Assembly: GCA_964016885.1 (NCBI GenBank)
Contig: OZ024740.1
Span: 285,324,001-285,388,000, forward strand
Direction of reading: 5' to 3'
DNA from: Eledone cirrhosa
Taxonomy: Eukaryota
Length of the DNA stretch: 64,000 bases
Below are positions 1 through 12,484 of this stretch, in pieces. Numbering within the stretch: the stretch's first letter is position 1; every line of letters starts with the position of its first letter. The notes under the pieces are model-generated. The model made no database searches. It was not told where the DNA came from and saw only the letters and a list, made by a program, of their open reading frames with translations. Both the position numbers and the translations under genes were made by a program.

Positions 1-1115
1 TTTTGTCCACAAATGAATGCCTTAAAGATGGAGGATGAAAGGTTGCACTTTCATCATATTATGCTCTATGAATTTCGGAAAGGAGTAAGCATTAGAACTG
101 CAATAAAAAACATTCAGAAGGTTTATTTGGATTATGCTTCAGCTCTTCGGATGGTCGAAATGTTGCTTGACTGATTTCATCAGGGTAATTTTAACTTAAA
201 TGCTCTATGCAGCCTTCCAGCATCAATGAAGATACTCTGTTTGCCATCGTGGAGAATAAACTGAAGATTTTGATGGAAGAAATTGCTAAAAATTTGAAAA
301 TCGATATCTCGGCTGCCTTTCGCCATTTGAAGAAACTTGGGTCATTTCAAAACTCGACATGTGGGTGTTATATTCTCTGACGGAACAGATTAAGCTCAGT
401 CATGTTTCTGTGGCGATTTCTTTGCTGTTACACCACAAAAAGGAGACATTCTTGATCAGAATTGTCACAGATGATGAAAAATGGATTGTTTATGATAATG
501 TCTGAAGCAAACAGAGCTGAAAACAAGCTTGTGAAAGTGCAGAACCAATGGCTAAAGCCGGCTTGCATCCAATAAAGGTGTTGCTGTCTGTTTGGAGGGA
601 TTGTAGAGGGATAATTCACTTTGAGCTTCTTCCAGCCAGTGAAACAATAACTGCAAAGAAGTATTGCGACCAACTCACCAATCTCAATGCAGCTATTCAA
701 GAGCAGACGATTTTGGCAAATCAAAAAGATCCCATTTTCCACCACGACAACACAAGACTATATGTTGCAAAACAGACCTTGCAGAACCTTACAGAGTTGA
801 AATTGGAAATTCTCCAGCACCTACCTTATTCTCCTAACTTGGCTCCTTCATATTTTCATTTATTCTTGTCACTACAGAACAATTTAAATGACAAAGACTT
901 TGACTCTGTACAGTCAGTCGAAAACTACCTCACAACCGTCTTTTTACAAAAGACACAAAATTTCAATAAAAATGGCATCAACAAGCATGTAGAATGATGG
1001 GAGAAAGTTGTTAAAAAGAATTGACTCTAAGTACTTAACTAATATGTTTTTTTATATATTAAGTTTAATTTTTTTAATTCTCTAATCTAGCACAAACTTT
1101 TGCAATGATTCAATA
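1..1115 (+). mobile_element. Decayed mariner DNA transposon (transposase pseudogene); left end outside the window
   Basis: ATG at 28 gives MEDERLHFHHIMLYEFRKG. RIVTDDEKWIVYDN lies near 458-500. ORF 548-997 has HHDNTR and HLPYSPNLAPSYFHLF (mariner DD34D motifs). Stops and frameshifts are present; TIR-like gcacaaacttttgcaatgattcaata near 1090-1115. Confidence 0.9.
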
Positions 1116-1230
1116 TCTTGAACTAAAAAAGATGCTATATAATGTTTATATTTAGCTTAACCCTTTCATATTTTTAGTTTTAATTCTTATACTGTTTATA
1201 AACCGATTTAAGTTTTGTTTTCATTTATAG

Positions 1231-1330
1231 TTTACAACAGAATACAATGACTTATTTAGGAAAACTGGTCTTCCCCCTAAGCGTAAGCTTGCAAGGTTTC
1301 TGGTGACACCAAATGCTGCTATACAACCAG
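1231..1330 (+). CDS. MRPL3: MRPL3 internal exon (FTTEYNDLFRKTGLPPKRKLARFLVTPNAAIQP-G)
   Basis: Acceptor tcatttatag, donor gtaag, phase 0 to 1. Resembles the GLPPK...NAAIKPG segment of metazoan MRPL3. Confidence 0.93.
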
Positions 1331-1589
1331 GTAAGAAATTGTTTTTCAAAGAATCTATTTTCTGATAGTTTGAGTCTTATTCATTCACGCTTGAATATTA
1401 TATATATATTTCTTTTCTGTGTGGAATGAAAAACTGATTAGAATTTTAATAAATACTCTTAAGACTTATTTCAACTTCATTCTCCTTTTTTCCAATAATA
1501 TACAACATTTCTTAGCAAATAGTCTTCGAAATGTGCCTAGTGATAATGATAGGAGACTAGTGGTAAATCATTTCTGGAAAGGGGATGTC

Positions 1590-1850
1590 TCACATTCACA
1601 GCATAACAAAATCTGAGTCCCAAAGAGTAGCCTTCTTTTTTTCTTTTTTCCGAACCAGAAAATACTTTACTTCAAATCAGTTACTGACTTTCTACAAGGC
1701 TCAAGTTAGATCCACAATGGAATACTGCTTCTATACATGGGACAGTGTCACTACTACACATACAGACTAAATTCCGATTATGAGATTATGAAAATATCAA
1801 GCACCTCTCCTTGACTTGGGCCACTTTTGTCTAGGTTTGAATTTCTTCAA
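1590..1850 (+). mobile_element. Degenerate non-LTR retrotransposon RT C-terminal fragment (CR1/L2/Jockey-like)
   Basis: Translation LLTFYKAQVRSTMEYCFYTW resembles the LY...RP.LEY...W motif after RT. Confidence 0.55.
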
Positions 1851-2728
1851 CACATCTTCAATTGATATTAAACATTATAATGCCAATTTTTGACAGCAGA
1901 AAGAAATAACTCACCTACAGAACTCAAACCATGTATCCATTATTTGGTCTGTTTCAAATTAGTATATATAATGTCTAATAACAATTACATTAAAATCTTA
2001 ATAGTTAATTCACACCTTTGATTAATTCAGTAATGAGAACCAGTTCATTTTTGTACTGAAATTTCTGTTTTATCCAATCAAAGATGATCATAACGGTTTT
2101 CAAGGACAATATTCTAGAGAAGAAAGCTTAAAAGTATCTTAATATTCTGCTTTATATTAAGAGTGTGCAGAGCTGTAGTGGATTTCACTGGTTGGCACTG
2201 GATGGTCTTTTGTGGCGAACCCGTGTGTCCCAGTTTCAGTTCACCATGCCATTCAGCAAACTGATAGTGGGCAATATATGTTCATTCAAGCTGAGTACCT
2301 AGCCTTTCTCAGTTTGAAGACTGACCTGTGTGGCAAAAAGCCACATCCTACATGAGATGCCTCTGCTATGGCTATCATAGGATAGTCTAGCAGAACAGGT
2401 CGGATCTAGAGGAGTAATCCTTGATAAAAATCCTGCTTGTCTCATAGTTAGCAGTAGCTCATGCAACGACCCTCAGTTTAATTAGTTGTCCTTGACATCG
2501 GGAACACCAGTGGCTTCGCAGATGATTGACTATGGGTTAGCACAGTTACTCCAGTTAGTGGAGAAATCTATGAGTGTACAGGTGTGGCGAGCTACATATA
2601 TTCTAGCCATTAGAAAAAGTGAAATGAATGCTTCACCTTCAAAGAGGGATGACTCAAGAAGATATTTACTATCAGTTTCTAAACTACTATGACTATTATT
2701 ACTTTGTCTTTTTGTTTTGTTTTTTTAG

Positions 2729-2789
2729 GAACCCCTTTGTCATGTCTACATTTTAGAGTTGGGGATTATGTAGATGTCCAAGGCAGAAC
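2729..2789 (+). CDS. MRPL3: MRPL3 internal exon (G-TPLSCLHFRVGDYVDVQGR-T)
   Basis: Polypyrimidine acceptor ttttttag, donor gtaagt, phase 1 to 2. Has the uL3 motif HFxxGxYVDV. Confidence 0.95.
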
Positions 2790-4051
2790 GTAAGTAACCA
2801 TTGACTTATTTTTCAAAATTGTTATAATATCTATTTGTGAAAAAAATTTTTTGAATTTATTACTTTAGTTAGAGAAAATGAATAATGAAAAAATACACCC
2901 AGTACACTATGTAAGGTGGTTGGCATCAAGAAGGGCATTCAGCCATAGAAACCATGCCAAATATGGAATGAATGAGCAAGATGAGGTCTCTCCAATTCAT
3001 CTGGTCTTGGACCATGACAACCTATCCAACCCATTGAGCATGGAAAGCAGACTTAAAAGGATGATGATGATAATGATATAAGATTTATTTGTGACATTGT
3101 GCTTATGAAATAACTATCAAAAAGACCCTCATATTATTTGTGGACAATTCAACAAATCTTTTTTAAAATGTCTTTATCAGGGACACTCTAATAATAGGAT
3201 ATTATGACTTTTCAGTTGGTAGGGCAATTACTGTATATACTGATATATAAGATACACTGGTAGGTGTACACCTCTATTTTACATACAATATTTACAATGT
3301 ACCATATGTTTTAAATTAATGTTTTGTAGGAACAGTAGATATGTCATATGCTCGTTTTTCACATAGTATTTTCATGGGAAAAAGTGTGACTTCTACATAA
3401 GTCTATATGGTAATCAAGGAAAATGTGAAGTCAGGACATGTTACTGCTTCTCTGTCATATATGTTCATATATATTTTATATTTATTTTATTTCATGGATT
3501 TTGTTAAGAATAGCATTGTTGAATATAGGTTTCCAGCAGAGCAACCACTGGTTCAATTCATCTAAGCTTGCACGAATGAGATTCTGTGCAACTCAGACAA
3601 AATAAAAACAAAGTTTTAAGCTTTTATGCTTTTATCTTTGTTGAACACAGTAGTATTTAGTAAACATTAAAAAACTTGTGAATATAAATGAAATACCTCC
3701 AATATATTTTATTAATTATAATTAACTATGGAATTAGAATATTTTAAAATAATCCATGTCCTCCTATAGAATGATGATTCAAATAAAAATTGTTAGCAAA
3801 GTTATTGCATCATACTATATTTGAATAGGAAACTAAATTGACTTGGGAGGATTTTAACTCAAAATAACAGACAATTGAGTCACTTGTCGATTGTTTGATC
3901 TCATCCAACATTTTAAAGCTCATCTAATTATCTTTCCTTATAGTGATGTCAACAAAGTTGACAGTCTTTACTCCTTAAATGAAGTTGTTTAATAAATTTT
4001 ATTTTTGTGTTCTTAATTATGATTTTCATGATGTTTATACTATTCTTTCAG

Positions 4052-4163
4052 GAAAGAACATGGTTTTCAAGGTGTAATAAAACGATGGGGAATGAAGGGT
4101 CTTCCAGCTTCACATGGAGTTACCAAAGCTCATCGGCGTATGGGAAGCATTGGAGGTCGACCA
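4052..4163 (+). CDS. MRPL3: MRPL3 internal exon ([38 protein letters not shown])
   Basis: Acceptor ttctttcag, donor gtatgt, phase 2 to 0. Has the hallmark uL3 signature GFQGVxKRWG...HG...HRRxGSIG. Confidence 0.97.
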
Positions 4164-5119
4164 GTATGTTAAATCTTAATTTAAATTTTGATCAGTGAAT
4201 CTGGAAGTTTGTATAACCATGTAATTGTTGATGAAAGAACTCTTGTTACAGATCTTACACAGAAATTAGATGATATGATCCTGGGTTTTAGAATAGGCAC
4301 ACCGTATCCCTGTGTGTCATATAGGTTGGTGTCAGTAAGGTCACCTGGCTGTAAAACATTGTCTCATACCATGTCGTCCAAACCCATGTATGGGTTTGAT
4401 GCAGCCTTCTGAAGCCCTTGTACTCGAATGCCTGGATTCTTTGTTCCATGTTGTAAGAGAGTCCAACTCTCACACATGTAGAGAAAGATAAAAGTCACCT
4501 GGGACTTGTACAATTTGAACATCAATGGAAAACTAATGGAGTTGCTTTACTGTATGATGTTCAGCAGCTATGGTAAGTGTCATGTAGTATAATCAAACCT
4601 GGAACCATGTTATGAAGTAGACTTCTTAACTATACAGCTTTGTTTGTACTTTTGAAGGCCCTGGTGCAGCTGCAATGAAAACAGGTGAGCTGTTCAAACA
4701 GTGTTTCATTATCATCATCATCATCTTACACCTGCTGGCGGGGGTTGGTGGCTTGTCACTGTCTAAGACCAGAGTGGGGGTGGGGGCACTTTGTCTTGCT
4801 CATATAGTCCATATTTGGCATGGTTTCTATGGCTAGATGCCCTTCTAAATGCCAGCAACTTCAGAGAATATACTGAGTGTTTTTTTTTCATGGCACTAGC
4901 ACTACCACTTTACAGAGTGCATTGGTTGTGTTTTATTGTAGCACCAACACCAACATTTTACAGGGTGTACTGAGTACAGAATATTGTGACACTAGCACTA
5001 GAGAGGTTGTCACATACATGCTTATCCAGACTGAAGAGTTCTCTAAAACTCTAGATAGTTTCTATTTGATCACCAACACTGTAACCTTCAGTCTCCATGC
5101 ATTTACTTTTAGTGCCTCA

Positions 5120-5258
5120 GTGCTTGTACTGGTGGACAGGTCTTTTGTATTATAGCATATCACCAGTGCTTGTACGATTGGACAGGTCTTTTGTATTATA
5201 GCATATCACCAGTGCTTGTACTAGTGGACAGGTCTTTTTCATTATAGCATATCACCAG
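5120..5258. repeat. Three tandem copies of a 46-bp unit
   Basis: gtgcttgtac..tggacaggtcttttgtattatagcatatcacca occurs three times. Confidence 0.85.
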
Positions 5259-5849
5259 TCTGCTCAGTCTTGTGAAATCACCTTTGTGAGGATCAGTTTC
5301 TTGAAATCTTAATTGAATCTTAATCCTTTAACTCTTTAGCATTTACATTACTCTATATATACTATTGTATTTTAGTGGTAAAGGCTTTATCTTACATAAT
5401 TATCTCACATAATATCGAAGCTATGTGATTTTGATGTTATTTATTTTGAGAACAATACCTTAACGTCAGTATGAGCAGCCAGTTTGAACAGAAAGAGGTG
5501 AGAGAATTCTGGCTAGATATGGCCAGTTTAAATGCTAAAGGGTTAAGATAATTTGGAGGCAATAGATAATAGTTTATACCCACGAGAGTAATTGATATTA
5601 CTGCTATTTCAGTGTATATCTTTATTATAACTATAAGCATCAATTAAACAAATCTACACTAAACTAATGCTATCCATGAACTCAAGCAAAAGGAACCCAT
5701 AAATCTACACTCAACCCCACTCATCAAACACATACCCCACAAGACAGAAAGTAAGAATTAATCACAACCCTCCCAACTATTTTTGTTGTTTTTTTATCAT
5801 TATTTAAAATAGTGCAGCAAAAGAATAGAACTTCTAATCTATCAGCTAT

Positions 5850-6380
5850 TCAAAATATGCATATTATCATTACTTTTAACCTTTATCATTCAAGAAAATA
5901 TCTAACTCCATCTGCAATTTTGTATCTTTACAAGAGTCAAATTAGACCGAAAATGGAGTAATGTTGCCACATCTGCTGCGGTGTTGCTCAGAACTCCCTA
6001 TCCTACCTAGATAGAGTTTAGAGTTGCTTGTGTTAACTTATTGAATATGAGCTCTTCTTATCTATCAAGCCACTCTCTCACAGATGTGATGTCACAAGTC
6101 TGGCATTACTTTGTTGTTATTTCCATCGGAAATACTCTGATGAACTTTACTCTCTAGTACCCAAAACTCAGACTTTCTCCATTGGAACCTGCCTCACTAA
6201 GTCCATTGAGGCAAACTTTCCACACTTTCTTCATATTCCTAACATCAAATTTATGCTTCTTGGAAACAGTTTCATTCCTAGAACCACATCTCTACGAAAC
6301 AAACTGCCTAGGGATTGCTTTCCTTATGACTACAACTTTGATCTTTTTAAGAAAAGGGTCAATAAGTACATCACCATGTC
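5850..6380 (+). mobile_element. Degenerate non-LTR fragment of the same type as 1590-1850
   Basis: LYKSQIRPKME*CCHIC near 5925-5975, and NSFIPRTTSLRNKLP...FKKRVN in ORF 6253-6465. Confidence 0.6.
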
Positions 6381-6382
6381 AC

Positions 6383-7205
6383 ATAATAATAATATAATAA
6401 TGAAATTATTGTGTAAAGTGCTCAGGTGCACTACAACTCGTCAAAGGTGTATGTATAGTACATAGAATAATACACAAATGTCAGGGAAGTACATGTGTGT
6501 ATGTGTTAGTTGTAGTGTTGGCGGATTTCGGGAAGCATGGAGGCCTTAAAGGATGCAGTGTCTCGACAGCTAACAACTGATGCAGGTAGTTTGTTCCATG
6601 CTTCAGCAACTCTGAGCGTGAAAAAATGTTTCCGAAAGTCATGGGAACTGTGCTGTTTTCTTCCTTTGTGGGCATGTCCACATGTGTTAGACACATGGAA
6701 ACCAAAAAGGTACTCAGGGTTGTTGTTGGCAACATGGTTAACAATTTTGTGGGTGTTTACCAAGTCAGTTGCCAGGCGTCGGAGCTTCAATGTATCCATG
6801 CCCAGGGAAGCAAGGCGCTCAGAGTATGGTAGATGCCTGATGGAGGGTATTCGCTTGGTTGCACGTCTCTGAACAGTTTCCAGGCGGTAAATGTTCTGAG
6901 CAAGATAGGGGTTCCAGACTGGTGATGCAAATTCTAAGTGTGGTCGCACTGTATACAGCCTTAAATAGATATCTGGAGAGCGGCTGACAAAGGTCTTGCT
7001 GAGTGATGCTAAGACACCCTCGGCCCTCTTGACAATTTTAGAGACGTGCCTCATCCAACGCAAATCACTGCTGACCGTAATGCCCAGGTCACGTTCACAA
7101 GAAGACTTCTTGATATTAGTGCTGTGGAGGGAGTATGTGGACGCTGGGTTTTTACTCCCAAAATGCATGGTGGTGCACTTGTCCACAGCTAGCTTGAGAT
7201 CCATT
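6383..7205 (-). mobile_element. 5'-truncated CR1/L2-like LINE (RT C-terminus plus 3' UTR)
   Basis: ORF 6506-7204 has ERDLGITV, RPHLEFASPVWNP, LETVQRRATK and FFTLRVAEAWNKLP. (TTA)n-like tail near 6383-6400. Confidence 0.85.
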
Positions 7206-7639
7206 GTTGCATTGTGCCCAGGTCAGACTGCAAGCAAGATCTATACATGATTCATAGCAACCACTTTTCCATTTCCCCATATCATCCTTTTCTCTGTGTT
7301 CATCCTGTCATATAACCCATAAGCTTGAGTGGCTTTAAAGCCTTATGTGGTGACCTTTAGTACATAAAAAAAAAAAAAAATCATGTTTATTTTGCTGCAG
7401 TTGAAATTGCTGATTATCAGAGATGTGGATCTCTCAGTTCATCTTTTCACGTATCATACTTGGTGTAATACAGTTTTCCTTAGCTTCAGTCTCTTGAGAT
7501 GGAAATGGATCAGTGTTGTAAAACTGATCACCATGAAAATTAAAGAAGTTGCATTATGAACAATGTTAACTTGCACATGTATTTCTCTGCTAAGCTTGGC
7601 CAGTTAATTTATATAATTAGATTTTTAACTTTATACGGT

Positions 7640-8580
7640 ATACATAGCATGCAAAGAAGCTGAAAGGAGGAGGTTTGCCAATGTCTTGTGGCGTGAGGAT
7701 CAGAGACACGAGATGCAAAATAGTGTGTCAGTGAAAACTAAGATGTTGTTGACAAAAAAGTGTTTGAAATGACACCAGTGCACTTAGTATCACTGATCAT
7801 CATCGTCATCATCATCATCATCCAGTTTTTGATTATACAGGACACAATTAATCCCTGAGTAGGGGTGGGTCCTGCTTGACAGTGCTCCTGATAGTCAAAA
7901 GAATAGCCTAGAAATGCTATTATGATGAATGTGGAGAATGAGTGCAAGAAGAGGTTACCTCCAACTAACACAAGAGACGATCCAGCTATCAACATTGACA
8001 GTTATAGAATAATCAAAGAAGCAATCAAGGAGAAGGAAAATGGTAAAACTGCTGGTCCATCAGAGATAACCATTGACATGCTAAAAGCTTCTGGGGAAGT
8101 AGGAGTTGAACTAGTCACCCACATAATTATTCAGCTAAGAAATGATGGGATCATATCCAATGACTGTCAGCAGTATACTCATTAATTGTTACTAGGGAAA
8201 AGGTGATGCGCTAGAAAGCAGCAACTACATAGGCATAAAACTGATTGACTAAGTTATGAAAATGAAAAAAGAGTTTTGACATAGCTAATTAAGGAAAGAG
8301 TCAAATTAGATGAGATGCAATTCAGTTTTGTGCCAGTAAGGAGCACCACAGATGCCTTCTTCTTAATGAGACAACTATAGAAGTTCATAGCTAAATATAA
8401 GCCATTATACTAGCTTTTGAGGATTGGAACAAGGTCTTTGACAGAGTATAACAATCTGTTAACCAGTGGTCCCTAAGAAAACTAATCATAGAAGAATGAC
8501 TTGTGAGAGCAGTGCAAGCTATGTATAGACGAGCTGTCAGTAAAGTGAGAGCAGGTAATGAGTTTAGGTGTTCATCAGGA
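7640..8580 (+). mobile_element. Degenerate RTE LINE fragment, same family as 50215-52640
   Basis: Shared strings aggaggtttgccaatgt, KTAGPSEI..DMLKASGEVG and gatgagatgcaattcagttttgtgcc. Confidence 0.85.
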
Positions 8581-9645
8581 CTCAGTCTTCATTCCACTTT
8601 TTTTAGTTCTCCTGCCAGGGAACTTTTCATTCATTTAAAGTTGGTAAATAAGGCACTAGTCCAAGATGGTGAATTGATAGAATTGTTAAAGCATCAGACA
8701 AGATGCCTTGCATTATCTGTTTTAGCTTCATGCATTCCAGCCTCCTATCACTGGGAATATAGTGACATGATAGGATTGTGGATCCTATCATAAAAATACT
8801 GAAGAAACCTCCTGTAAGATGCATGCAACACCATAGGAGTCTGGCTAAACCTGTGTAGGTGCTAGCTGTAACAACAACAGTTCAGTTTCTACACCATTTT
8901 ATGGTTGAAGCACAGTCTAAAACTTGATGCACTGGAAAAGTAGTAAAATTAAACAACAAACTAATAATAAATATTTGCCCTACTCAGTAAAGGCTTGTGT
9001 AGTTTGTACCCATGCAACAGTTTACTCATGTTAAAAGAAATCAATTGTAGGTTTCTAGTCAATATCAAATGTCATATGAAAATCAACACAGAACTATAGC
9101 ATTTCTTTCAAAGCTTGCCCTTTTCCCATTCCCCTTGATTGCTTTCTCTCACTTTAACATGGTTAATATTTAATAAAACAAACAAACATTTTTTTTTATC
9201 TCAAGAAAAGAAAAATAACCACTTGTTAACGTAGTGTTATATAGCCAAGTATGTTGATAAATGTTTTTCTAACTAAAAATAAGACAACGGAAGAAAAACA
9301 TTTTGTCACATTTTCTAACCTGCTATATATTTTAATTTCTTATCAAACTTAGGAAAGAAAAATATACTTGTAATGTCTGAAGCTTATCTTTCTTGGAGTT
9401 GATTTCACTCTTGACACAAGAACTTCTATCTTATGTTGCTAATAATATATTTCAGGAATATATTCCAGGACAGAGCGAAGCAAGTGATTTTATCTTCAGC
9501 TATAATTGTACTTGAAGAATTTCATTATTAATTTGCTTTATATATAGTTTTTGTTTGATAAATATGTGTGTGTGTGTGCGTGATATTTTAATTTTTTGTA
9601 GAAACATTTCTTTAAATGCCATTTAATCTATTTTGTTTATCACAG

Positions 9646-9723
9646 GATCGTGCAGCCATTAAAAAAGGTAAAAAAATGCCTGGTCATATGGGAGGTGCTT
9701 GGAGAACTTTGAAAGGTTTGAAA
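9646..9723 (+). CDS. MRPL3: MRPL3 internal exon (DRAAIKKGKKMPGHMGGAWRTLKGLK)
   Basis: Acceptor tatcacag, donor gtaagt, phase 0 to 0. Has the uL3 motif GKKMPGHMG. Confidence 0.96.
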
Positions 9724-10384
9724 GTAAGTTGTTTCTTTGAGTCTATGTTAAAGGAAATTTTTCATTTCATCTTCTGAATAAAGAGAATTTTTTAGCAGCA
9801 AACATTTATATATTTATAACCCTTAGCCTTTGTGGTGAAGAGACGAACTGAGTTGAGGATAAGGTAATTAGCTAGAAGCTTATGTTATAAATTCAAATCC
9901 ACTGCAGGCATTTTATCTGTTGAAGGCAGGATAATTATTTTTATATGCCAGGTTATATGCCAACTGATCTGAATAGAGATATGATGTTTGTAAGGTGTCT
10001 AAACAATATGACCTTTTCCATTATAAAATCCCATACTTGTATCCAATTGCAAGATTACTAAATCCTGTCCATTTATTTCACTGGTACTTGCATGTGTGTG
10101 TGTGTGTAGAGGTACACACATACACTTAAATGAATTAAAAAAAATTTAGACAATATTCCCTCAAGTTTGATTTCAAATACTAGTTGTAATCAATTATTTA
10201 ATTTTATTAAATATCTGTTGCTTTAATTTCCTTTATAATTATAAGGGAATGCCTGCAAGTATGGATTTATTTATGTTCCAATACCTTGTCTACTTGGAGA
10301 TCGTGCACCACAGTTTGTGTGTGAGTATGTCTCTGTGTGTGTAATGCAGAACATATCTCTCTCTCTCTCTATATATATATATAT

Positions 10385-10510
10385 AGTTTTAATATAGATG
10401 AGATTCTACAGGACTAGAACTGTTTCATTCTTTAGAAATCATCAGATTCCTGAGGATTTCTAAAGAATGAAACAGTTCTAGTCCTGTAGAATCTCATCTA
10501 TATTAAAACT
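10385..10510. repeat. Perfect 56-bp inverted repeat with a 14-nt spacer
   Basis: 10385-10440 is the exact reverse complement of 10455-10510. Confidence 0.97.
10444..10494 (+). ncRNA. Type I hammerhead ribozyme-like motif (Penelope-like pseudo-LTR remnant) inside an MRPL3 intron
   Basis: Stem I AGAUUC/GAAUCU; core CUGAGGA; stem II U-UUC-UAAA-GAA-U; GAA; stem III ACAG/CUGU with loop UUCUAGUC; cleavage triplet GUA ending at 10488. Folded by eye. Confidence 0.6.
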
Positions 10511-10601
10511 TTTATACTCTGCAATGTATTGAGTACCTTACTTACTGTGGTTACCTCCGATTCAACCCGGAATAACGTATATATATATATATATATATCA
10601 T

Positions 10602-10633
<32 letters not shown>

Positions 10634-11129
10634 GTGTGTGTGTGTATGCATGTATGTATGTTTGTATTTATTTATGTATGTATGTATTTATGTATGAATA
10701 CGTATATATGATTGACAAAGGCATATATTTATATTTTCTCACAATTTGCTATAGAAACCGATTTTGTTTTATTTTTAATTGACATACTCCAGTCAAGAGA
10801 TATTTCCTATTTAATGAATCTAATGAACACAATGCTGTGAAATTTCATTTGCATCGTGATAATTTATTGAGAATATATACATTGTATGTATACATCATAT
10901 GTCATCAATTATATATAACATCTTTTTCATCCGAGAATAATGTTAAACCAAACCAAAAGCCGCGAAAACATATCTGAGTGAACATAATTCCCATTTATAT
11001 CAATCTTATCAACATTATTACTTATTTTCAAACAATTTACATCTTGAAAATAGGAAAGGTGTTCAAGTTATTTAGACAATATCTGAAAATTGTTAATAAC
11101 ATTAAATTAGTTAATAGATATTTTATTTG

Positions 11130-11480
11130 ATACTTAGGAATTCAGTATTCGTGCCAGCCCTTACCTATGGCCATGAATCTTGGGTAATGACCGAAAGAAT
11201 ACAAGCGCGAATACAAGCGACCGAAATGGGGTTCCTCCGAAGGGTCTTTAGAGTAATGTTACTTGATAGAGTGTGAAGCTTGGAGATCAGAGATTCATTC
11301 CAGGTTGTGCCACTACTTCTCTGAATTGAGAGATCACAGCTCCGATATTATGGGCATGTGGTTAGAATGTCTCAGGAAAGAATCATTGAACTGATTTTAT
11401 GGGAAAAACTGACCGGCAAGAAACCCAGGGGTGGGCCCCGAGCAAGATGGTTGGATAACATCCATGAAGACTCTGCCCCC
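11130..11480 (+). mobile_element. RTE-clade LINE 3' fragment, same family as 44830-47300
   Basis: Translation has LTYGHESW, EMGFLRRV, SQLRYYGHVVRM and KKPRGGPRARW. Confidence 0.8.
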
Positions 11481-12208
11481 ACGACCCTCTCAGGAATAAT
11501 TGGTCGAAGAAGAAAAAGAAGACTTGGGGAAATGATTAATAGTCAAAACAAAACGGAAAGTATTGTTAAATAGATGTAAATTTCTACTCTGTTATATCAT
11601 TGTATTCTGTAACATCGTCTTCTGATTCAAGGTACAAATATATATAGAAACATTGATATTCATTTTCCCAAGATATATATTTTGAATAGATTTTGAGAAT
11701 AAATATTTACAGTAATTTATTACATTCCATTGGCGTAAATCCTTAAATCAGATTCCCATTAGGATACTATTTTCTAACAAACTCTACATCTATATCAAAT
11801 AAAATTATATTTATGTCAACAATTACAATAACTTTTCTTGAACTATACAATAATGTAATTATTGACAGAAAACAATAGTTTCTTTCTTGCATGCCAATAG
11901 ATTCCATGGTGGCACTACTATGTCACCAAAGACAGTCTTTGTATTCATTTACTTGTATCACATTTCTGGCATTAAAAAAATAATATAATTATTTTCAAGG
12001 TTGTTGTGATTAAAAATGTCTTTTTATCTGCCTAAATATTAAAGAAGACATTGCAAATAAAATGTGTCAACCATCTTAATAAACCCCAAGTAAATTGTAT
12101 GAGAATAAAATTATCAAATAAAAATGGAATGGAAGTATATATGTTGAGAAATATCTTAGATTTTACAATTTCTGATTTTCCTTCCTTCTTTGATTTCCTC
12201 GTTTATAG

Positions 12209-12451
12209 ATATGGCGGATTAATACAAAATACAATGTTTTGTATGTAAGTGGAAGTAACATCCCTGGAGGTGTTCATTCATTCCTCAGAATCACAGACAC
12301 AAAATTACCTCATAAAGAAAAACCTGAAGATCCACCAAATATGCCAACATGTTTTTTTGAGGACCAAGCTGAAAATCTACCCGAAAATTTGTATGATGAT
12401 GATTTATTTGACTTCACAGAACCATCATTAATATTTCCTGATGAATCATAG
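12209..12451 (+). CDS. MRPL3: MRPL3 terminal coding exon (IWRINTKYNVLYVSG...EPSLIFPDES*)
   Basis: Acceptor gtttatag. WRINTK.N..YV.G and LPE.LYD resemble the MRPL3 C-terminus. TAG ends at 12451. Confidence 0.96.
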   Translation: MWRINTKYNVLYVSGSNIPGGVHSFLRITDTKLPHKEKPEDPPNMPTCFFEDQAENLPENLYDDDLFDFTEPSLIFPDES

Positions 12452-12478
12452 ACTCGATAAAGATGCTAGAAATTGTGG

Positions 12479-12484
12479 AATAAA
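12479..12484 (+). promoter_or_regulatory. Polyadenylation signal AATAAA of MRPL3
   Basis: AATAAA 27 nt after the stop, ATTAAA about 20 nt further on, then T-rich sequence. Confidence 0.65.

Noticed and set aside
548-997. SETMAR-like host gene
   Set aside because: Stops and frameshifts upstream, no SET domain, and it lies in an MRPL3 intron, so it is a transposon relic.
2160-2500. HDV-like ribozyme in a putative RTE 5' UTR remnant
   Set aside because: GC-richer and LINE-UTR-like, but no nested double pseudoknot could be built by eye.
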